Part shown: piece after piece, positions 8,957 through 17,824 of the stretch
Numbering within the stretch: position 1 is the first letter of the stretch
Layout of the letters: every line of letters begins with the position of its first letter
Virus record (IMG/VR): IMGVR_UViG_3300027704_000014
Coordinates: 20,916 to 84,915 of that record
Strand: one strand, 5' to 3'
Length of the DNA stretch: 64,000 nucleotides
Source: a virus
Position numbers and translations under genes: made by a program
The notes under the pieces: model-generated
What the model was told of the DNA's origin: nothing
Database searches by the model: none
The model's input: only the letters and a program-made list of their open reading frames with translations

Positions 8957-9626
8957 TAATTTACCGCACCTAGTGTTAGATTGGAGTTTTAATATACCAA
9001 CACAAGAGCTAACCGTTAGCATTAATGACGAGTTATCATACAGTGCGATCAATGGTGGAAGAGATGGATTCACAAAAACGTTTAAAGGTGAGGATACTAC
9101 AGTAACTTTAGAAGAATGGGATAATATTGAAAAATATTGGATCAGTGAGAACTACAGTGACTTGGTAGGTACATTCCAACCAGACGGTGATAGAATTATT
9201 CCACACCCAACGCTAGACAGAGATGACCATGCACCGATGGGAGTAGGACCAGATGGATTCTATTTAGATCACATGCAAAGACGTCAGTGTGTGCTTGACG
9301 GACATGACCAGGCAGTAATTGGATATGGCAAAGAAGGCACATTATATACAACAACAGACCAAGGCGCAACTATTTTTAAACGTGTTGCACATAGAAATGT
9401 ATTATACGGTGAGTTGGAAGACCCAGCGTTTGATGACTTTAAATGGGTAGACCATTCACAGCCTTGTTTACAACAACCGTGGGCTGAAGGTGTAAAACTA
9501 AGCTCACACAAAGAAATGCTAAAGGACGGAGTTAGTCCAGTAGATGTTGAAAAATGTGTAGAAGGAAAATGGCCTAAAGCACTTAGACCAGAATTACAAG
9601 AATTATACATTTACCCAACAGACTAG
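8946..9626 (+). CDS. hypothetical protein
   Basis: ATG 8946 with ggag RBS. Confidence 0.7.
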   Translation: MADSNLPHLVLDWSFNIPTQELTVSINDELSYSAINGGRDGFTKTFKGEDTTVTLEEWDNIEKYWISENYSDLVGTFQPDGDRIIPHPTLDRDDHAPMGVGPDGFYLDHMQRRQCVLDGHDQAVIGYGKEGTLYTTTDQGATIFKRVAHRNVLYGELEDPAFDDFKWVDHSQPCLQQPWAEGVKLSSHKEMLKDGVSPVDVEKCVEGKWPKALRPELQELYIYPTD

Positions 9627-9645
9627 AACAAAAAGAGGAACACAC

Positions 9646-10158
9646 ATGATTGATATGAAAACAAAATTACAACAAATTAGTAGCGAAGCATGGATAGTGC
9701 AAAAGGGAGACAAGCGTATTGGTATTCTAAATAAGAATATACAAGATCGGTTTACTTTTATCTCGGGCAAGTCTATTGAAGTATATGACACTGAAGAAGA
9801 AGTAAGTGAACACTTTGGTAACATTACACTGTTTGAAGATCAAATCGAAAAGCCAACAATGACCCGAGATGAGTTTTACATCAAAGGACATGCTATAGAT
9901 TATGCAAACCCTATCCCAATTGAACCAGGTAATGAAAACTATAGAGATGATGTACCGTTGTATTTAAAATCCGAAGGCAGTGAAGTGTTTTATGCAGCCG
10001 GTTGGTATTGCATTAACTTTGATAAGGGCTGGAAACAAGGCCACGGACCTAAGTTAACTACACTACTTGAATATGGTTTTAGAGGGCCTTATAAGACTAA
10101 GATCGAATGTAAGCAACATATGAAACAATTGAATAAACTTCGCAAGCAAGAGCTGTGA
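9646..10158 (+). CDS. hypothetical phage protein
   Basis: RBS gagga; PLY.KS..S..FYAAGWY...PKL.TL..Y.FRGPYKT. Confidence 0.75.
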   Translation: MIDMKTKLQQISSEAWIVQKGDKRIGILNKNIQDRFTFISGKSIEVYDTEEEVSEHFGNITLFEDQIEKPTMTRDEFYIKGHAIDYANPIPIEPGNENYRDDVPLYLKSEGSEVFYAAGWYCINFDKGWKQGHGPKLTTLLEYGFRGPYKTKIECKQHMKQLNKLRKQEL

Positions 10159-10349
10159 ATGAGTTTCAAAAGTTAGTAGCTCACGTTAGGAACTTAAAAA
10201 AAGAAAACATATCACAAGCAACATTTGATGTGAATTACTTAAACACTGTATTAGATACAGTTGCTCCGTCTGCTGATGCAGTAAAGGCGCAACGTAAACT
10301 AAACAACACAGCAATTGTCGGCGATGGCGGCAAGTTTACAGAAGAATGA
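10155..10349 (+). CDS. hypothetical protein
   Basis: GTGA-coupled; ends DGGKFTEE. Confidence 0.65.
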   Translation: MNEFQKLVAHVRNLKKENISQATFDVNYLNTVLDTVAPSADAVKAQRKLNNTAIVGDGGKFTEE

Positions 10350-10588
10350 TAGAAGGCGAGTATAACGTTCATTACGATTATACTTGGAAGACTTCGGTAG
10401 CATCGTTACCAATGACCATAGTTACTTGGTTGGAGAGTGTAGTAGAAGATGAATGGGGTTGGTATTTTATACCACATGAGAATATGGACTACGATAGAGC
10501 GGATTGGCATAAGGATCAAACAATGTGTTTAACGTTTAAAAGTAAGCAAGATCTAATTATGTGTAAACTGTCAGTAGTATTAAACTAA
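10346..10588 (+). CDS. hypothetical protein
   Basis: ATGA-coupled, 80 aa. Confidence 0.65.
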   Translation: MIEGEYNVHYDYTWKTSVASLPMTIVTWLESVVEDEWGWYFIPHENMDYDRADWHKDQTMCLTFKSKQDLIMCKLSVVLN

Positions 10589-10604
10589 TAATAAGAGAGG
10601 AAAA

Positions 10605-10844
10605 ATGAAAGTAGTAATTTATAGCAAACCACAATGTCCATACTGCGACATGGCAAAACGACTAGCAGAACAGAAAGGATACGACCTAGAAGTATACATG
10701 CTAGGTGAGGATTTTGAACGTGAGCAACTAATGGAAACATTCCCAGGTGCTAGAACATTTCCTCAAATTATAGTAGACGGTGAGAAGATCGGCGGATATG
10801 ATAACTTTAAAGCACTAGTAATGCGTGAGGGATTAGGCAAATGA
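10605..10844 (+). CDS. dithiol glutaredoxin
   Basis: CPYC, RTFPQI, IGGYD. Confidence 0.93.
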   Translation: MKVVIYSKPQCPYCDMAKRLAEQKGYDLEVYMLGEDFEREQLMETFPGARTFPQIIVDGEKIGGYDNFKALVMREGLGK

Positions 10845-11146
10845 GCGAAATAGAAAAGAACATTAAAGAAATGATTGCATCTAATGATGTGGTATTGTTT
10901 ATGAAAGGTAACCCAAACCAACCACAGTGTGGGTTTAGTGCTAAAGTAGTGCAATGTTTAAAAGAAGTAGGTAAGCCATTTGGATACGTTGATGTATTAT
11001 CAGACCCTGAAGTTAGAGCAACATTGCCTAGTATTAGTGATTGGCCTACATTCCCACAACTGTTTGTTAAAGGTGAACTTGCAGGCGGATGTGATATTAT
11101 TACCGAAATGCATGCCAATGGTGAGTTAAAAGAACTACTGAATTAA
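10841..11146 (+). CDS. grxD: monothiol (CGFS) glutaredoxin, Grx4 family
   Basis: LFMKGNP..PQCGFS, SDWPTFPQLFVKGELAGGCDI. Confidence 0.95.
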   Translation: MSEIEKNIKEMIASNDVVLFMKGNPNQPQCGFSAKVVQCLKEVGKPFGYVDVLSDPEVRATLPSISDWPTFPQLFVKGELAGGCDIITEMHANGELKELLN

Positions 11147-11170
11147 AGCATATTATAATGGATGAAAATT

Positions 11171-11178
11171 GATAAATA
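11171..11178 (+). promoter_or_regulatory. T4-late-like promoter (GATAAATA)
   Basis: Intergenic GATAAATA with no -35, followed by aggag RBS and ATG 11202. Confidence 0.6.
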
Positions 11179-11201
11179 TGTGTATACAGGAGACACATAC
11201 A

Positions 11202-11507
11202 ATGAGTAGACCAAAACCAAAGATTTTACTAGAATCCGTTAACAAGCACACATACAAGTCCGAACAAGTACTAAGTGCTGATGCAATATACAGCGTATTC
11301 TACGAACAAAAGCCTATTAACTTACGAATTTTAAATACACTTGTGAGTTACCCAGGCCCAAAATATAAAAAGGTTTCATTTAGTAACCCAGGACATGCTT
11401 TTAACTTAGCAGAGAGATTGAATAAGATATTTCAATCAGACGATTTCAAGGTTGTTAAATTAGACATAGGCACAGAGGTTACTGAGGATGAAATTAAACA
11501 GCAGTAA
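11202..11507 (+). CDS. hypothetical phage protein
   Basis: MSRPKPKILL...GPKYKKVSFSNPGHAFNLA; aggag RBS. Confidence 0.8.
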   Translation: MSRPKPKILLESVNKHTYKSEQVLSADAIYSVFYEQKPINLRILNTLVSYPGPKYKKVSFSNPGHAFNLAERLNKIFQSDDFKVVKLDIGTEVTEDEIKQQ

Positions 11508-11871
11508 ACCTGTTCAATATCAGATAGCGGAATTTATCTCTAAGAATTTAACTCGTACTATCGAAAATTTTACTGATCAGTCTCCCGAAGCACAATGTTA
11601 TGCATTGTTTAAAAACTTTAGATTAGTAGATAACGAACCAACAGGATTACGCCTAACATCAATAGGACATAAACTAATGAGTAGGCACTTTACTGCAACA
11701 GAATTTTATCTAGAGCAACCTATTACAGGAATAGTTCTGGTAAATTTAGACCAAGCAATGAAAAGACCCTACTACTTGAGCAAGAAAAAAGTTGCGTTCT
11801 ATGATGAAAATGACGCGGCTTGGTTCAGACTAGGTGGCGAGGATTTAAAATACTTCTCAGGAAATTTATGA
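11488..11871 (+). CDS. hypothetical protein
   Basis: 127 aa, overlaps its neighbours; GLRLT..G motif. Confidence 0.7.
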   Translation: MKLNSSKPVQYQIAEFISKNLTRTIENFTDQSPEAQCYALFKNFRLVDNEPTGLRLTSIGHKLMSRHFTATEFYLEQPITGIVLVNLDQAMKRPYYLSKKKVAFYDENDAAWFRLGGEDLKYFSGNL

Positions 11872-12281
11872 AACTGCCCCATTTAGACCCTATACTGTTT
11901 ATAGACAGTCATTCAATAGTAGACGATACCGACATTACTGCAAAGTACACTGTACCATACGACCACCCTGTGTTGAAAGGACACTTTCCACATTTCCCCA
12001 TATGGCCTGGGATACATCTAATAGAAGGATGTAACCAAACAGCCGGCCTACACGCTATGCACAGCGTCTCTACTGACATTGACGAAAACTTTGTTGCAAT
12101 GGTCGCATCTATAGACAAGGTGAAGTTTAGAAGGCCCGTTTTACCTGGAGCAAAGTTACAGTATACTGCTACATTGGATAAGAAAAAAGGCTCGTATATG
12201 TACTATGATTGTGTAGTGTATGACAAAGGTACTAGAGTTGCTCAAGCATATATAGGACTTACAGCAACAAAACGACTATAA
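11868..12281 (+). CDS. fabZ: 3-hydroxyacyl-ACP dehydratase (hotdog fold)
   Basis: LPH..P.LFID, GHFP..PIWPGIHLIEG..Q, KVKFRRPVLPG; ATGA-coupled start. Confidence 0.85.
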   Translation: MKLPHLDPILFIDSHSIVDDTDITAKYTVPYDHPVLKGHFPHFPIWPGIHLIEGCNQTAGLHAMHSVSTDIDENFVAMVASIDKVKFRRPVLPGAKLQYTATLDKKKGSYMYYDCVVYDKGTRVAQAYIGLTATKRL

Positions 12282-12309
12282 GTAACTGTTTTACATACAA
12301 TTTTAACCA

Positions 12310-12337
12310 TTGACAATACAGTAAAACAGTGTATAAT
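12310..12337 (+). promoter_or_regulatory. sigma70-type promoter
   Basis: TTGACA-16 nt-TATAAT. Confidence 0.75.
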
Positions 12338-12371
12338 ATATTAGTAACTTAAACAAAAAGGGAAGAAAGAT

Positions 12372-12881
12372 ATGAAAAAATTAGCATTAGCAGTAGGTAT
12401 TTTAGCAATAAGCACGTCAGCACTAGCAGAAACAGCAAGAGTTATAGACGTTGAGCCTATATTTGGCAACGTAGTAAAGACTGAGACTGTGCCTGTTATA
12501 AAATCTGTGTGTACAGACGCAGGTCGCAGGAATAGCAAAGGATTAATTGAACGAGGCGTTAACGGTGGCTTCGGTAGTCAGGAAGGCTTACTTGGTACTG
12601 TTATTGGATACGGCATTGGTAACGAAATCGGTGGCGGATCAGGCAATGAAATAGCTAAAGTACTTGGCGCAGTTGTTGGTAATAAGATTGGTAACAGCAG
12701 AGCGGCTACAAAGAATAGCCAGTGTGAAATGGTCGAAACTGTAGAAACTCACAGATATTATGCTAGAGACATAGTATCATACAACGTAGACGTGGAACTC
12801 GGTGACGAAATTTACACTGTTAGGCGTAAGCAAGAGCCAATGTTAGGTGATTACATTAGAGTATCAGTTAACGTTAAGTAA
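12372..12881 (+). CDS. secreted glycine-zipper 2TM protein (YcfJ-like)
   Basis: Signal peptide MKKLALAVGILAISTSALA; GTVIGYGIGNEIGGGSG...LGAVVGNKIG; two Cys. Confidence 0.8.
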   Translation: MKKLALAVGILAISTSALAETARVIDVEPIFGNVVKTETVPVIKSVCTDAGRRNSKGLIERGVNGGFGSQEGLLGTVIGYGIGNEIGGGSGNEIAKVLGAVVGNKIGNSRAATKNSQCEMVETVETHRYYARDIVSYNVDVELGDEIYTVRRKQEPMLGDYIRVSVNVK

Positions 12882-12895
12882 CAGCAATTTACGTT

Positions 12896-12921
12896 AGGAA
12901 AGGGCATTATGCCCTTTTCTT
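12896..12921 (+). terminator. intrinsic terminator
   Basis: AAAGGGCA-TTA-TGCCCTTT stem followed by TCTT. Confidence 0.75.
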
Positions 12922-12958
12922 GTGACTAAGTCATTGAAAACTAAAGTAATTATTCTAC

Positions 12959-12987
12959 TTGACATACCCCATCTAAAATAGTATAAT
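12959..12987 (+). promoter_or_regulatory. sigma70-type promoter
   Basis: TTGACA-17 nt-TATAAT. Confidence 0.85.
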
Positions 12988-13019
12988 ATATACATAACAA
13001 AGACAGAAGGGGTAACGAT

Positions 13020-13214
13020 ATGTCAGATTTTCAATTCACTTATAAGCCAGGGGTTTCGCATCGTCAAAACTTTGTAGAATGGAGAACACTTAATGCAGAA
13101 GAGCGTTCAGCATACAATGAAGTACAAATGACGCAGGAAGAAGCTGAAGCATCTTTCTTTAAAATGTACGGTGTAGGCGATATCAAAACGGTTGACATAC
13201 ACGACGTCCTATAG
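13020..13214 (+). CDS. hypothetical protein
   Basis: 64 aa downstream of a consensus promoter. Confidence 0.7.
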   Translation: MSDFQFTYKPGVSHRQNFVEWRTLNAEERSAYNEVQMTQEEAEASFFKMYGVGDIKTVDIHDVL

Positions 13215-13220
13215 TATAAT
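13192..13220 (+). promoter_or_regulatory. sigma70-type promoter for the AAA+ ATPase
   Basis: TTGACA-17 nt-TATAAT. Confidence 0.85.
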
Positions 13221-13257
13221 ACTTACATAGGTTAAACATAAAAGGTAGGAGTTTTAT

Positions 13258-14364
13258 ATGAATGAAGTAACAGCAAGAGCATCAGTGGTAACACCGATTG
13301 TTGAAAGAGCAATGGCAGCTAACAGGCCCATCTTCCTTTGGGGAGCACCAGGTATTGGTAAGTCTGAATTAGTTGCAAAAATAACGGAAAATCTTCCAGG
13401 TAACAATCTTATGATTGATATTCGTTTGGCACTAATGGAGCCAACGGATCTACGAGGATATCCTTTCCGTAACCCAGATACAAATCAAATGGAATGGTCT
13501 CCACCAGTTGACCTTCCTAGCATGGAGCTCGCAGAACAATACGACACAATTGTAATGTTCTTAGACGAGTTGAACTCAGCACCTCCAAGTGTGCAAGCAG
13601 CTTCGTACCAGTTGATCCTTAACGGTAAGATTGGTCAATACCAAATGCCAAGCAATGTAAGAATTGTAGCGGCTGGTAACAGAGAGACTGATAGAGGTGT
13701 TACCTTTAGAATGCCGGCTCCGTTAGCAAACAGGTTCCGTCATATTAATATGGAAGTGAACTTTGAAGATTGGCAGCAATGGGCAGTGAACAATAACATC
13801 CACAGTGAAGTTGTTGGTTACTTATCATATGCCAAGCAAGACTTATTTGACTTTGATCCAAAGACTAGCTCACAAGCGTTTGCTACTCCACGTTCATGGT
13901 CTTATGTAAGTGAAATCCTTAACGTACCGGGCTTTGCAGATGCAGATCGTAAAGAGCAACTTGTAGAACTTGCAGGTGCTATTGGTGAGGGGATGGCTAT
14001 TAAGTTTAACGAGCATCGTAAGATTGCTTCGGACTTGCCTAACCCAACTGATATCCTTAACGGTAAGGTAAAGGAGTTGAACTCCAAAGTAGCAAAAGAA
14101 ATATCAGCCAAGTATAGTTTGGTGGTAGGACTTGCATACGAAATTAACGAAGCATATAAAGAAGCAGGTAGTGTCGACAAAGACATGGGCGTAATGCTTA
14201 ACCATATGATTCGTTTTGCCTTCAATAACTTTGAGCCTGAGATGGTTATCTTTTCATTGAAGACACTAATGAAAGATTACAAGATCGTGTTTAACTTCCG
14301 TAAGGTGTTAGACAAAGATGTGCAATCTACCTTTAACGACAAGTACTTAAAGTACATCGTTTAG
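13258..14364 (+). CDS. MoxR-family AAA+ ATPase
   Basis: Walker A GAPGIGKS, Walker B MFLDE, AAGNR, PLANRF, ATPRSW. Confidence 0.9.
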   Translation: MNEVTARASVVTPIVERAMAANRPIFLWGAPGIGKSELVAKITENLPGNNLMIDIRLALMEPTDLRGYPFRNPDTNQMEWSPPVDLPSMELAEQYDTIVMFLDELNSAPPSVQAASYQLILNGKIGQYQMPSNVRIVAAGNRETDRGVTFRMPAPLANRFRHINMEVNFEDWQQWAVNNNIHSEVVGYLSYAKQDLFDFDPKTSSQAFATPRSWSYVSEILNVPGFADADRKEQLVELAGAIGEGMAIKFNEHRKIASDLPNPTDILNGKVKELNSKVAKEISAKYSLVVGLAYEINEAYKEAGSVDKDMGVMLNHMIRFAFNNFEPEMVIFSLKTLMKDYKIVFNFRKVLDKDVQSTFNDKYLKYIV

Positions 14365-14372
14365 GACAGTTT

Positions 14373-14423
14373 AAAATCCTTATACGCCTACCTATGTTAC
14401 TCCCTACCTAGTATAAGGATTTT
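14373..14423 (+). ncRNA. candidate regulatory RNA hairpin in the ATPase 3' UTR
   Basis: Perfect 13-bp inverted repeat (AAAATCCTTATAC / GTATAAGGATTTT) around a 25-nt loop with two CCTACCTA copies. Confidence 0.5.
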
Positions 14424-14424
14424 G

Positions 14425-14450
14425 GCCCTCGGAAACGGGGGCTTTTTATT
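14425..14450 (+). terminator. intrinsic terminator
   Basis: GCCCTCG-GAAA-CGGGGGC then TTTTT. Confidence 0.85.
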
Positions 14451-14494
14451 TGTAAGTTGTTGTTTTAGTAGGGTAAAAAGTACATATATAACAC

Positions 14495-14522
14495 TTGACT
14501 TAGCACATAATCACTGTATAAT
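14495..14522 (+). promoter_or_regulatory. sigma70-type promoter for the vWA/peptidase gene
   Basis: TTGACT-16 nt-TATAAT. Confidence 0.7.
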
Positions 14523-14553
14523 ATACAGTATAAGAACAAACAAGGTAGGACTT

Positions 14554-15867
14554 ATGACATATTCTTTCGCAAAACAGGACACAACGGACGCACCTAAGCC
14601 GGCTATTAATGTCCCTGACACTGACAAAACATCTGCAGAAATCGAAGACATTCTAATTAAAGCTAGAGTTGATATGCTAATGAACGCACCGTTCTTTGGC
14701 AACTTAGCAACTAGGCTAGTGTTAATTGATGCTACTGATTGGTGCCCAACTGCCGCTACAGACGGCAAACATTTTTATTACAACAGACACTTTACTGCCG
14801 CACTAACTGAAGACGAGTGCATTTGGTTAATGGGGCATGAGATACTGCATTGTGTTTACGATCATATGGATCCAAACAGACGAGGTGATCGTATACACCA
14901 ACTATGGAATGTAGCAAACGACTATGTTATTAACTTAGAACTTGAAATTGCTAAACTAGGTCGTAGAATTCGTAAAGAGATCATTGAAGTATGCTTTGAT
15001 CACAAGTACAACGACATGATGAGTGAAGATGTATATGACAAACTTTACCAAGAAGCAGACGAGCAAGGTCGCATTAAGCAAGTAAGTTTTGATATGCACA
15101 TGGAACACGAAGAAGGCGATGACGATGGCTCTGGTGGTGTTGGACAAGAAGCTAATGTACAAGATGGTACTAAAGGCCCAGTCCCAATGACTGCTGATGA
15201 GAAGGAAAAGATTAAGCAAGAATTTAAGAGTGCTACAATGCAAGCCGCTAAGGCTGCAGGTGATGCTGGTAATTTACCTAACGGTGTTAAACGCATGTTG
15301 GACCAGTTGGTTAACCCGCAACTCGATTGGAGAACATTACTTGCTATGCAAATCCAAAGTGTTATCAAAAGTGACTACACTTTTAGCAGATCAAGTCGTA
15401 AAGGAATGGACAGTGGCTTCTTCCTTCCTGCTATGGACTATGAGCAATCAATAGATGTTGCTATTGGATTAGATATGTCAGGTAGTATTGATGACATTAT
15501 GTCACGCGACTTTCTAAGTGAAGTTAAAGGCATCTTCGATCAGTACACAGGCTTTAAGATACATTTGTTTTGCTTCGACACAGAAGTACATAACCCACAA
15601 CAATTCGATGATATGAACATGGGTGAGTTTATGGACTACGAACTTGTAGGCGGCGGCGGTACAGAGTTTGATTGCTGTTACGACTACATGAAAGAAGCAG
15701 GTATCGAGCCTAAGAAGTTTATTATGTTCACAGACGGATACCCATGGGGTAGCTGGGGTGATGAACATTATTGTGATAGTTTATTTATAGTACACGGCAC
15801 CGGGTACGGCGGCCAACCACCAACCTCACCGTTTGGAATAACGGTACCATACTCAAGGGAAGACTAA
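14554..15867 (+). CDS. DUF2201-type metallopeptidase plus vWA domain protein
   Basis: TAATDG, HEILH (HExxH), MIDAS DMSGS, GGGGTEF, FTDGY; aggtagga RBS before ATG 14554. Confidence 0.88.
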   Translation: MTYSFAKQDTTDAPKPAINVPDTDKTSAEIEDILIKARVDMLMNAPFFGNLATRLVLIDATDWCPTAATDGKHFYYNRHFTAALTEDECIWLMGHEILHCVYDHMDPNRRGDRIHQLWNVANDYVINLELEIAKLGRRIRKEIIEVCFDHKYNDMMSEDVYDKLYQEADEQGRIKQVSFDMHMEHEEGDDDGSGGVGQEANVQDGTKGPVPMTADEKEKIKQEFKSATMQAAKAAGDAGNLPNGVKRMLDQLVNPQLDWRTLLAMQIQSVIKSDYTFSRSSRKGMDSGFFLPAMDYEQSIDVAIGLDMSGSIDDIMSRDFLSEVKGIFDQYTGFKIHLFCFDTEVHNPQQFDDMNMGEFMDYELVGGGGTEFDCCYDYMKEAGIEPKKFIMFTDGYPWGSWGDEHYCDSLFIVHGTGYGGQPPTSPFGITVPYSRED

Positions 15868-16187
15868 TGACATTCAGTAGTGCTAGAAGTATACAACCTA
15901 TATATAGAAACGAACTTTCCGAATGGGAGTTTGATAAGTTATGCCAATGCCGCGGTAGCTTAGCCGAAACAATGTTATTACAACGAGCAAGAGTTGCAAA
16001 CACTAAACCCAGTTATGTCGAAGACGGTGTAGTTGAGGCAGGTTTGTTAGAGTATATAGGCATTAATGCTAGAGGACTGTATTATATCCAACGAGGCTAC
16101 TGTAATTTTACAGCATATTTTGAAATATTAAATGATCAAATTGACTTTCTTAATATGGTAGAAAAACACGCCACAAATTACCAGTAA
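15867..16187 (+). CDS. hypothetical protein
   Basis: TAATG-coupled, 106 aa. Confidence 0.65.
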   Translation: MTFSSARSIQPIYRNELSEWEFDKLCQCRGSLAETMLLQRARVANTKPSYVEDGVVEAGLLEYIGINARGLYYIQRGYCNFTAYFEILNDQIDFLNMVEKHATNYQ

Positions 16188-16203
16188 CAGTTAAAACATC
16201 TGT

Positions 16204-16209
16204 TAAATA
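16204..16209 (+). promoter_or_regulatory. T4-late-like promoter (TAAATA)
   Basis: Intergenic GTTAAATA before aggag RBS and ATG 16239. Confidence 0.45.
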
Positions 16210-16238
16210 CTAAACATAAACTATTAGGAGTTATTTAA

Positions 16239-16526
16239 ATGACAAAAGAAACATCAAACATTGAAGCAGAAATGCCAGATGTCCCAGAAGCTGAAGCAGG
16301 TGCTGAAGCAGGAATTCCAGAAAGTATTAATCTTTCTGACTTAGGAACACTATTACAGATTGTTGATCTATCAACACAACGTGGTGCTTTCCGAGGTGCT
16401 GAACTTACCCAAGTAGGTGCAGTATTTGACAAACTAAACACGTTCTTATCATACGTTCAACAGCAACAAGCTGAACGCGAAGAAGAGCAAACAGACGCTC
16501 CAGAAGAAGCAGCGTCAGAGGAATAA
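16239..16526 (+). CDS. acidic hypothetical phage protein
   Basis: I.LSDL....QIVDLSTQRGAFRGAELTQVG.VFDKL core. Confidence 0.75.
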   Translation: MTKETSNIEAEMPDVPEAEAGAEAGIPESINLSDLGTLLQIVDLSTQRGAFRGAELTQVGAVFDKLNTFLSYVQQQQAEREEEQTDAPEEAASEE

Positions 16527-16529
16527 ATT

Positions 16530-17192
16530 ATGGCTACTCCAATGAAACATGTAGGTAAAGTCGGCGAAAAGCCTTGTGTAGTTCTCTATAGAGAAGTACC
16601 AGGTGAATCAGATTTTGCATTAATTGTACAAACAACTAACTTACCAGATGCACAACACGATGCATTAATGAATATTGTCCAAAGTGCAGAAGCACAAGAA
16701 GCAAATGAAATTGCTGATGTATTAGATAGACGTCAGTTTAGTGATGGCAGTAACATGCTACAACAATTACATTTTGACAAACGAATTGAAAAGGTATCAG
16801 TAAACTTGGTAAATTTAACGCCAACGCCAGCTGATAGTATTTCTCTCGCTGAAGTTAATGCTGAGATAAGAAAGATTGGAAACAATTCTAATCCACCTCT
16901 AAAGACAGACGCAATTCAACAAATGGATAACCTTGATAACCAACCTGTAACTGCTAACCCAGTTGTTGCCGAAAGCGACCCAACATTAGCAGCAGCTAAT
17001 GCACCAGTCATGGAAGGCGATGTTAACGAGTCACAAATTGCTCTTAACTTACTACAACAAGCAACTATCTTAGAAGACGATGCACATGCTATTATGAATG
17101 ATGCAGAAGCTAAAAGACAAGAAGCTTACCGCTTAAATCCAGACCTCGAGCCGAGGAAAGGACCAGGTAGACCAAAAAAAATCATTAGTTAG
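16530..17192 (+). CDS. hypothetical phage protein with C-terminal AT-hook-like tail
   Basis: 220 aa; ends RKGPGRPKKIIS. Confidence 0.75.
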   Translation: MATPMKHVGKVGEKPCVVLYREVPGESDFALIVQTTNLPDAQHDALMNIVQSAEAQEANEIADVLDRRQFSDGSNMLQQLHFDKRIEKVSVNLVNLTPTPADSISLAEVNAEIRKIGNNSNPPLKTDAIQQMDNLDNQPVTANPVVAESDPTLAAANAPVMEGDVNESQIALNLLQQATILEDDAHAIMNDAEAKRQEAYRLNPDLEPRKGPGRPKKIIS

Positions 17193-17224
17193 TTAACAGG
17201 CGTACAAACGTCAAGGGAGGCGGT

Positions 17225-17560
17225 ATGGCAGGGCAGGGTGAAGCAGCTCGAATCGTTCTTGTTGGTAAATCGAAGAACAAGGGCAAATTTAAGGATAAAA
17301 GTTTTTTGTCGGATATCAACCCTACTGAGATCCCTAAAAGATTTATTGTTAAGATAACAGTAACATTTGAAACCGGCGACAAAGTTGATTTCGATACGAG
17401 CAATATTGCAGAAACATTTACTATAGACGAAATGCAAGATTGGTTAAAGAAGATAGATACTAAGCATGCTATTATAAAGGTTGAGATTATGTTAGACTTG
17501 GATCTAATATATTCAACAGTAAAAGAAGATGCTGACACTATCTTTAGTAAGTACTTCTAA
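17225..17560 (+). CDS. hypothetical protein
   Basis: ggagg RBS, 111 aa. Confidence 0.7.
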   Translation: MAGQGEAARIVLVGKSKNKGKFKDKSFLSDINPTEIPKRFIVKITVTFETGDKVDFDTSNIAETFTIDEMQDWLKKIDTKHAIIKVEIMLDLDLIYSTVKEDADTIFSKYF

Positions 17561-17580
17561 AGAAGAACTTCTATAAGTTT

Positions 17581-17604
17581 AAGCCTCCGGAAGGGGGCTT
17601 TTTT
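17581..17604 (+). terminator. terminator at the convergence of the + and - gene blocks
   Basis: AAGCCTCC-GGAA-GGGGGCTT then TTTT. Confidence 0.8.
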
Positions 17605-17824
17605 ATGAGTGTGTTTTTGGTGCGTTGTATAAGTTGATTGGTGGAAGTTCTAGTTCAGGCCAGTCTATACATTGCTTCTTGAGTAACTTGGTATTTTTCT
17701 TTGCAAACTTCTTACACATCTTTTTTGACATAGGACACTTTAAACACTTTCCGCATTTGGAGCCTATAAGATGATATCGATCTGTGTCACCGTCTACTAC
17801 GGCGTGGCATATACACTTGTACAC
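17603..17824 (-). CDS. Bfd-like [2Fe-2S] small protein
   Basis: CICHAV...GSKCGKC (CxC...CxxC) pattern. Confidence 0.55.
   Translation of the reverse strand: MYKCICHAVVDGDTDRYHLIGSKCGKCLKCPMSKKMCKKFAKKNTKLLKKQCIDWPELELPPINLYNAPKTHS

Noticed and set aside
14422-14553. N-terminal extension of the vWA-peptidase ORF from TTG 14422
   Set aside because: It runs through a terminator and a promoter; the RBS supports ATG 14554.
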